From the NCBI RefSeq assembly GCF_009914755.1, contig NC_060940.1: DNA of 64,000 nucleotides. One strand, 5' to 3'. Below are positions 54,534-64,000 of this stretch, piece after piece. The notes beneath the pieces were generated by a model. It saw nothing but the letters and a program-made list of their open reading frames with translations. It searched no databases and was not told the DNA's origin. Position numbers and translations under genes: made by a program. This DNA comes from the human T2T-CHM13v2.0 reference genome, Homo sapiens. How positions within the stretch are numbered: the stretch's first letter is position 1; each line of letters starts with the position of its first letter.

Positions 54534-55157
54534 AGTATTGTTCTTCTTTATACCTAATTACTCATCATTGGAATTCTCTTTAAAAAAAAAATGTGCTTCC
54601 CTAATTGGTTGCCAACAGAGAGGCTACATCATAGTGGTTAAGAATATAGGCTCTTTTCCCTTGACTGAAGCAGTGATTAAAACAAAAAAATAAGAAAGAA
54701 TATAGGCTCTGGTGTCATACTGCCTGGGTTGGAGACCCAGCTCTTCAATTTACATCTGTATGACTTCAGTTCATTTTTTTTTTTTTCATTTCTACATGGC
54801 TTGGTTTCCCCATCTGTAAATTGTGGATACTTACACTAGCTATCTCATAGGTTATTGTGAGAAATAAGTGAGTCTGTATGTATGAAGCCCATAGAAATAT
54901 ACATAACACAGAGGAAGCACTACCTAGTGTCAGGGTCTACCACTGTGTATTCTTTAGGAGGTTTCAATCTTGACCTTCAGAAAAAGAATTATTTCATTCA
55001 ACAAGCATTTATTGAAAATTTCCTTGGTGCTCATCTCTGTGCCATGTCCTTTCATATAGATTTTATCTGACATAACTTAATTCTTACCATCACCCTGTGT
55101 TAAAGTTATGGTGTTCATTTTCTAGGGTTTAAATTCTGGAAATGCTGTGTGCTCACT

Positions 55158-55546
55158 GTATCCACCAGGATAGGTGAGGCTCTGCTGCATTCATGAACAG
55201 TCACAGATCTCAGAGCCTGTGAGCGGGTTTAATTCTCCTTCATGAGAAGCCCCCTGGTCAGGGTGTGTTCCTGCACCTGGTGGGGCAGCATGGTGGGCTA
55301 TCCCCTCCTATGGCTCCTCTGTTACCAAACAAGCTCTTCCTATAGCTGCAGCTGAGGAATAAAAATGCTGGAGAATCTTGGCGGTTAAATGCTTTGACTT
55401 GGAAATAAAATGGATCAGTTCTACCTGCAGCCCAGGAGCAAGATTGGGTTGCAGACTCTACCTAATGGCCCTAGAGACTGTAATCCTCCCACGTGCTGGA
55501 AGGAGAGTAGAATAGGGTATGGTGAACAGGAGATGTCTCTACCACT
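55158..55546 (-). mobile_element. MLT1J-like LTR
   Basis: CAGGATAGG...TGCTGCA...TTAAATGCTT...GGTGAACAG...TCTACCAC. Confidence 0.6.
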
Positions 55547-56303
55547 CACTTGGGACTGTGAGCACCTGTCTATACCTCGGCTGTCTTATCTGTGAAATGA
55601 GGATGACAGCTGTACCTACTGCATATAGTTGTGATAGAGTGAATAGATAAATGCATGTAAAGCTCTTAGCACACTATATGGCACTCAGAACATAGTCAAA
55701 ATGGGGTCACTGTAATCATGATATACAAGAAAGTCAGCGGAGCCTCCTAATACAGTAAAGTAACCATTGTTTTGAATAGTCACGTGTGGATATCAAGTCC
55801 AGTTATATTACTTACCAGCTGTATGTATGAGCATGGGGAAGTTATTTACCTTCTCTGACTTTTACTTTTCTCATACGTAAAATGGTGTGGGATCACACTC
55901 ACCCCATAGGCTGCATCAAGGGTTAAATCGCTAACATTTACTGACACCTTGGAAAGATGAGCTAAGCGTTTAAAACCTGTTGGCTCATTTATGTCTATGT
56001 CAATGCTATGGGAAAGGTACTCTGTTATCCCCCATTTTATAGCAGAGGAAACTAAGCCTCAGAGACGTTAAGTAATGTACCCAGGCCTCTCTAACTGCTA
56101 AGTGGTAGAGCAAAAAGTGAAACCCAGGCATTTTGTCTTCTCAATTAATGATCTTAATACGCATTACAGCCTCCCTGAGATCAGTTGGGTAAAGCTCTGA
56201 GCACAGGGCCAGGCACAGTGTACACCCTTGCAAAAATATTAATTTGCCTGGGTGCAAGGTGAGGGTCATAACCTTTTCCTATTCTGAAACTCTACTCTGC
56301 TTA

Positions 56304-56850
<547 letters not shown>

Positions 56851-57431
56851 TCAATTAGCTGGAGTGCTTTATTATTTTTAATAATCAGCCATGCTTAGTG
56901 GGAGTCTCTGAATCTGTAGTTATGACTGTAGTAAATGGGACACAAAGGGAGCAGCTGGACATACCGGCAAGTATTATAATGTGCAGACAACCTGCAAATA
57001 TGAACCTTCTTTTCAAATAAGAATCTCAGTGCTGTCACTATTTGTTTTAGGAAGTGCTGGTTTTAACTGAATGAGGAAGTTAAACGCATGTTCTGTTTTT
57101 TGTTTTCATTGCGCCCACATGGGTTGACTATGGGTTCGGTTTTCTCTCCAGATTGAACACTTAGTACTTAATGGGGGAACCACCTTGGAAAAGCAGAACT
57201 GATTTGAGGTGGCTTCATCCCTCTCTTCTCCCACCAGAAAGAGATGGGAGCTTCCACTTCAACCTGGGGTGAAGACAGAGAACAAGGTGTCCCAGCATTT
57301 TGCACAGAACCAAAGCCCTGGAAATTCTGGTGGAAGCTAGACATTCAGAGTCATCAAGCTAACAGTCACTTCCTGCTATGTGCCAGATACTATGCTTTTC
57401 ACAGACATCTCATTTACATTTCCCAGAACAT

Positions 57432-57714
57432 CAGGTTGGAGTGCAGTGACGTGATGCAATCATAGTTTCCTGCAGCCTTGAACTTCTGAGTTCAAATGAT
57501 CCTTCTGCCTCAGCCTCCCAGGTAGCTAGGACTACAGACATACACTACCACACCTGGCTGAGTTTGTTTGTTTGTTTGTGTGTTTGTTTGTTTATTTTGT
57601 AGCAATAGCATTTCACTGTGTTACCCAGAGTGGTCTCCAACTCCTGGCCTCAAGCAATCCTCTCGCCTCCACTTTCCAAAGTGCTAGGATTACAGGCACG
57701 AGCCACTGTGCCCA
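57432..57714 (-). mobile_element. AluJ lacking its 3' end and poly-A, inside a MIR
   Basis: Starts at CAGGTTGGAGTGCAGTG with no T-tail; (TTTG)n linker. Confidence 0.88.
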
Positions 57715-58011
57715 AAAGTTAAGATTCTTGTAGCTGCTTTATAGAAGATGAACTGAGGATCAAGAAGGTGAGACTTGATGTGAGTCAGATAGTGAATATG
57801 CTATAGAAAACTAAACCCAGTTCCTTTGGGGACTTGGAATTTGGCATCAATATTGTCACCGGGCTTTAATTTTGCTTAACTCCACACTGTGGTCTTTGTG
57901 AATGGTGCCTCCAAGAGTTGTGCCCCTGGGTGGGCCTGAGCTGAAACATCAGGTAGATGCAATAGGCCTTGTCTTTTGTGACAGTTCTGTACCATCGTCT
58001 ATAATATATCT

Positions 58012-58586
58012 GTATTAGTAATCTATGGTTATACAACAAATCACCCCAAAACTTAGCAGCTTAAAACCATATTTATTATTCCACAATTTCTGTGCAGCAA
58101 GAATATGGGTGCAGCTTAGCTGGGTCTTTGGGCCATAATCAAGGCTAAAATCAAGGTGTCAACTGAGGCAGCAGTCATCCTAAGACTTGACTGGGCATGG
58201 GTTGGCTCCTGAGCTCATTCATGGGATTGCTGGCAGGATTCTGCTTTTTCAGGCTGCTGGACTGAGGGCTTTGCTTCCTTGCTGGCTATTGGATGGAAGA
58301 ACCCTTTAATTCCTTGCCTTTTGGACAGCTCCAGAGGGAAGCTCACAACAGGACAACTTGATTCGTCAGAGAAAATAGGTGAGAAGAGCCAGAAAGCCAG
58401 AGGGCCAAGAAAACAGAAGCCACAGTTTTTGATAACAGTCATAGAAGAGATGCCCTGACACTTTTGTTGCCTTCTATGCTTTAGAAGCGAGTCAGTAAGT
58501 CCACCCCACCCTCAGTGGAGGGGATTACACAAGGACATGCATATGAGGAGGCAGGGTTCACTGGGAGCCAGCCACTGCCTACTACA
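58012..58586 (-). mobile_element. MLT1F-like solo LTR
   Basis: TGTATTAG...AACAAATCACCCCAAAACTTAGCAGCTTAAAAC...GGCTGCTGGACTGAGGGC...GCCTACTACA. Confidence 0.85.
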
Positions 58587-58899
58587 AGAACCGTGATTAT
58601 TTTAACGCAAAATGATGGGTCAAATTCCTTTTATTGGGTAGAATTGTCCCTCCAGAAAAATCTCTTTTGTCTTGAATATTCATGCATGCTCTGGTACCTC
58701 TCTTTCTGTGATAAGGACGTTCCAGTTTGAAAAACCTGAGTTTATTAGTCAAATTGTGCTGGTGTAGAAATATTCCCTCTCTTTCAAATAACTTTGCATC
58801 CACCTGCTTTGACTCATGATGTTGAATCTAATTTTATTACAGAGTTTTGGATGGTGGGGGCATTTCCACGTTGCTGCTATGTACTTTCTATACAAATAA

Positions 58900-59015
58900 G
58901 TGTTGACCTTTGAAGTAGTCTCCCTGGAATAGAAGGTTTTAAACTCATTGATGATGCAAACTTTGCTTAAGACCTTGTTGTAGCTTCTCTTTGGGAATGG
59001 CCTTTGGAATCACGA
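58900..59015. mobile_element. Ancient mariner-type (MARNA-like) fragment
   Basis: TTTGAAGTAGTCTCCCTGG...GATGATGC...CTCTTTGGGAATGGCCTT resembles recalled MARNA consensus. Confidence 0.4.
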
Positions 59016-59594
59016 CCAGAAAAAAAAAAAAAAAAAAAAAAGGTCTGCTTTATCTATTCTCACTACACAGCATTTATTAGATATGGCTGCCAGGGAGATA
59101 TCTCCTTCCTCACTGATTGTTATTCTATGCATTTTCTTCCTAAAACTAGTAGATTTGAACTCATACCTATCTAGAGCCCTCATTATGAACAACAGCTTTA
59201 AAGCACGCGAGGCACTAGGAACCCCTATTTAATCATTTACAGAAAAAACATGGCAAAGACCACCACCTCCTTCCTTAATTCCATGGTGGATTTAAAATGC
59301 TTAGATTAGCTGAGTCTTAGGAACTGAAGTATCCTTGGTCTTTCATTTGTGATAATTTTAAATACAAGTGTTGGTCTGAAGAAAGGAAATGATCAGGAAT
59401 TAGCCCTGGAGCCTGCTGTGTATATTAAATCAATCTCAGATGGAAGAATTGAGATCCCGGAAAGCAAAGAAATGGCTGGACTTAGAGAGGAAAGATAATC
59501 TAGAAGTGTAAAGTTAGGGTGGGAGGGAGAAGGGTAAAGCTTGAGTAATGAGTCCACTGAAAACTATTTTTTAAATGTAATAAATACGTAAGTA

Positions 59595-59790
59595 GCAGTT
59601 ACTGTATGCTAGATACCCTTCTAAGTGCTTGACAAATTTACTCCTTAGAAGCTAAGTACTATTTTCCCCATTTTCTAGATGAGAAAACCGAGGTGCAGGG
59701 AAGTTGAGGGACATGTCCAAGATCACACAGATAGTAGGCAGTCCAGCTTCAGAATCTGTGGTCTCTACCAGTGCACTTTGCCACTTCACA
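59595..59790 (-). mobile_element. MIR
   Basis: CCCATTTTCTAGATGAGAAAACCGAGG...TGTCCAAGATCACACAG. Confidence 0.85.
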
Positions 59791-60408
59791 GAACTATCCA
59801 GCCAGAAAGAGCAGAGGCCGCTTTGAGAATTTCTGTGCAGGTCCAAGCGTCCACTTAAATCAGGGCTCCTAACACAGCAGTTCTCCAATGTCCTGTAGAA
59901 AACATTCTTGTTCCCTTGGGACAAGAGAAATCTGAACTCAGTTGTGCAAAAAAGAGGGTCTGGGAATGAACCAAGAGGGATGGTCAGTGGCTCCAAGGGG
60001 CGGAGTGGGAGAAGGCAAAGGAGAGGGGCCAGGAGAGAATGCCAGGAAAAACCAGAAGAAAGATTTAAACAAACCTCATAATTTACCTGTAACCGACAGC
60101 TCTCCTTGGATAGTTTATCTGGGCACTCTATTCCACCAGAACCAGATTGTTGGAGTTGTTTCAACAGAGGAATGCAGAGCTTAAGTGTGTCTGTGCTGTG
60201 TGAATATACCTTTGTGTATCTGTGTAGCAGGTAGTGGTAGAAAGATTTTGGAAGTCGAGGGAGATGACTGAAGTAGAGGGAAAGGTGGGAGGTCATGGCT
60301 CTCATAGTATATTTTGTCACGAGGTAACTTTGACAACCCCTGAGAATCGATCAGTCCCCCAAGAAGTCAAATACATCTGCACATGTGTATCATGTTACTG
60401 CATCTTAC

Positions 60409-60600
60409 CTTGACAGGCGCACTTTAGGGGATGCAGTCTCTGCCCTTTTGTGCCAGGAGCAAATCCATTTTGCCCATGATTTCAGGTACACAGGTGATTT
60501 CGCCAAACAAAACAAGCACAGCTGAAATCTGTGACTTAAATCAAGCAACGGTGTCTGCAATAGTCTCATTGCAGAGACTTCTGCTCCCTTGTTGCTTGTA
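60409..60600 (-). other. Candidate minus-strand exon (possibly first exon) with a 53-codon open frame
   Basis: Donor AAG|GTAAGA at 60409/60408; ATG at 60569; TATA-like tract 60627-60638; 5' end uncertain. Confidence 0.3.
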
Positions 60601-61896
60601 GGAATGGGGGTGGGGAAAGGTCAGGACTATATATTTAAGAAAAAAACCCCACATATGTCGACCCACAAGTGGTTACAACAACATTGGTTTACTTGAAAGC
60701 TCTGTCTCCACTCTCCCTACAAAAATTCAAGTAAGAACCTGGAATGCAAGGAGGTGGAAGAGTTTTCTCTCCTTGCCAATCTCTCCGTTGCTCTCTGATA
60801 AAAGGTGCGGCAAACAGGGTAGAAATGACTGCACGGGACCAGAGGATATAAATATTCAGTCATGACAGTCCCCATAGGATAAATGACAGCAGCCCATGCA
60901 ATGTGCCTTCTGCACATTTTCAACTGACTCTTCCCCTCTGCAGCCAAGTTGACATATTAGTAAATTGATTCCAGGTGATGCTGACATTTTGTAATTATCA
61001 CTATCTATAATTTTCATCTTATCCCATTTAATATTTTGATCATTTAAAATAGAGTAGCATACCTAATAGTGGTCATTAGTTTAGCTCAAGGGAAGATTCA
61101 TGGTTTAATAAACTTACATTAGAAATAACTTACTAAAATTACAATTGGCATGATTAGCTAATTTTTTAAATAAAACATAACAGAGTGACTTTACCCATGC
61201 TGACAGCTTTTTTCTTTCACGCTGGTTCATTGTTCTATTGTTGTCTTGGAGGAAGAAAAGACATGTATAACACAGAAGTTGTAATAAAAACTGTAATAAC
61301 CCGATACACAAAAACAAGGGTTATATTTCATTCTACATTTGACAGTAGCTGAGTAGTGTACTTTTTCTTGTTTTCTGACTGGACTGGAGGGAGGAAATCA
61401 CTGTGACTTTGAATCAGGGTCACATTTGGGGTAGCTGTCCTCTTCTCCTGCTGTCTGGAGAGACTGTGAGGTTGCCTGAAAGGCAGTGGGATTTAGGCTT
61501 GACTTCCTTATTTCCCTAGGCATTGATTTTTTTTAAGTGTATCTTCTGAAGTTTGCCTCTAGGTTCACTTGAGGTATCATTTCTGAAGAATAAAAGTGGC
61601 AGTTTTAATATGCAGGCAATTTTTTAAAACAATGAAATAGAGATGTGATTATTGCCAGGGCAAGGCTGTTTAGTTGCCACAGGGAAACATTATACCAATT
61701 GGCCTATAGCTTGAAATTACAGCATTCTCTATATTCGTCCAGCTTTAGGGAAATGCAGACCACAAGGGTCCTGCCTACCGTTCTGCTTGCTGGTGGTTCA
61801 GGTTTTGTGAACTTATACAAGGGCTTGGTATTTGAATGCTATCTTAATGAGAATAAGCTTTTTTGTTGTGTACATTGGCAACTTGATGGCTAAGGT

Positions 61897-62200
61897 CATT
61901 CTCCATCCATTTGTCTAGCTACCCACACACCTATACATCCATCTACCCATCTGTCCACCCACTCACCCATCTATTCACCTATCCATCCACCCAGCTATTT
62001 ATCTATCATCCATCCATCCACCCACCTACCCACTTATTCACCAATCCACCTATTAATCTATCCATCTACCCATCCATTCAGCTATTCATCTACCTATCAG
62101 TCCATCTATCTATTCAACCTTTCACATATCCACCCACTTACCTCCCCTCTCATCCATCAATATAGCCTTGTATCCATCCACGTAACCACTCATCCTTAAA
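61897..62200 (+). repeat. Degenerate (CCAT/CCAC)n tract at an L2 tail
   Basis: CCATCCATCCACCCACCTACCC...; L2-like sequence follows at ~62200-62430. Confidence 0.85.
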
Positions 62201-62729
62201 CAAAAATCAGTTGGCAAAACTGTAAGCATTGGTAATAAAGAGACATACAAGTCGCAGTTCTGTCCTTAAAGAGCTTAGGATCTAGTACGGGAGTATATGT
62301 AAACCAAAAATTACACAACAGTGTGCTCAGTGCACCTACAGAGAACTGTGCCGTGTTGCTGTGGGAACTCTAAAGAAAGAATGGTTTACTGTGTCTGAAG
62401 GATTCAAAGAAGGAGGCACACATGTGAACCTAAATGTCATATGTGGTAAAAGAGGAAGTAACCAGCCAGGGGTGAGGAACACAACAGCAGGAAATTAAGT
62501 AGCCGATGAATATTCAGACTTGAAGTTCCTGCTAAAGTGCCCATTTGTTGTTTGGTAGAAATATGGATATGTAGGAGGGGGCCTCTACCAGGGTGCAGAA
62601 CATATGGTGGTATTATTAGGGCACCAGGCAGGAGCTGAAGTAGGGGCTCAGAAAGCCAATCACAAGAACCAGGATTCAGGGTGGGCCTGTGGTTTTGAAT
62701 GGAAGAAAGGAGAAAAGAGTAAACAAATG

Positions 62730-63072
<343 letters not shown>

Positions 63073-64000
63073 TTAGGAGACAGATCAAAATGCAGACTTG
63101 AATTTAATTGGCACAGACACTTAATTATGCATCTTGACATCTTTGACCAAAAACAAAATGCCAAGAACAAAAGCAGCTTCACGACCAAGCACATGCTGGA
63201 ATCCGGCCTTCTGTCTGCCTTACTCCCGCTGCTGGTGAAGCTGCAGGAATCCTGACAGGAGCAGGCTGCCTTTCAGCTCCAAGTTCCTGGCACTAAGTTC
63301 TGCGCAGGGGCCTGGGCGAGGTCTTTATGACTTTCCAGAGGCTTCCAGGTCTCTATTGAAATGCAACAGCTGTTACTAGGGGCAACTCTACTTCCCAAAC
63401 AAGAACATAGACTTTGTGGAGCTTTCCCAGGTGCTGTGAACCCAGCATTGCCAAACAATGCCTGGGACCCACAGCGTCTCCTTCCCCCATGGAGTTTAAA
63501 TAGATTGGAAGCAAATGCTTGTTGACAACAGGTGTGGCTCAATGTGAGCAAACGTTCCATTCCGTTATTGCAGGGTTGGCACCGAGGGACATTTCCTGTG
63601 AAAGAAACAGGCTTCCAGGAGCATGGGCAATCCATACTCATAGCCAGACCTGCTCAGCTCCTCCCCTTCAGGGCCAAAGACCGCAAAGCTCCGTGAACAG
63701 GTGCTCCTAATAAATGCAGAGTTTTCCATAGCCCAAGCAAGGCTAGCAGGGAGGGGAGGGGTCCCTGGCCACAAAGCTCCAACCAGCCAACTGATCAGGC
63801 TTTCTGCGATGATGGAAGTGGCTGCATCATCATTAACTCAGCTAGATTAACTTGTTCAGCAGAAGCTTGCAGAGCTGCGTGAGCCTGCCTTCCACTCAGC
63901 TTGAATTAAAGAGATTGGGCTGCAAGGACACAGAGAGGTGAGCCCCAGGAGGTGGGGTCCCAGTCCTGAGATTAGTGACAGCAGCCCTGAGGATGTAGAG

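Noticed and set aside
59020-59042. Orphan A23 as the tail of a processed pseudogene
   Set aside because: No poly-A signal just upstream, no TSD and no coding-like sequence; it lies next to a mariner-like remnant.
61911-62165. Pro/Ser/His/Ile repetitive ORF
   Set aside because: It is a translation of the degenerate (CCAT)n tract.

Overview
This is primate, almost certainly human, nuclear DNA of intronic or intergenic type. Evidence: a dozen Alus of J and S type, low GC, CpG depletion, and dense ancient MIR/L2/L1M/MaLR/DNA-transposon fossils. I recognise no protein-coding gene, RNA gene or prokaryote-type system, and the listed ORFs are mostly repeat-derived or chance. Clear features: a full-length decayed Tigger1 (8660-11066), a full-length MER6 (175-1042), MER63/MER58/MER45/MER5 hAT elements, several MLT1/MST/ERVL solo LTRs and nested insertions. 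Most notable observations: (1) a truncated, TSD-less Alu at 25.7 kb carries the same 19-nt unique 3' flank as the Alu at 1-162, followed by a fold-back scar, suggesting a locally templated insertion. (2) A perfect 137-bp tandem duplication lies at 37777-38050. (3) Two strong plus-strand exon candidates (4228-4272, 7771-7867) and a set of minus-strand candidates point to unidentified spliced transcripts. (4) CTCF-like motifs, hairpins and TE-free islands are candidate regulatory elements. Repeat subfamily names come from recalled consensus sequences, and old-repeat boundaries are approximate.
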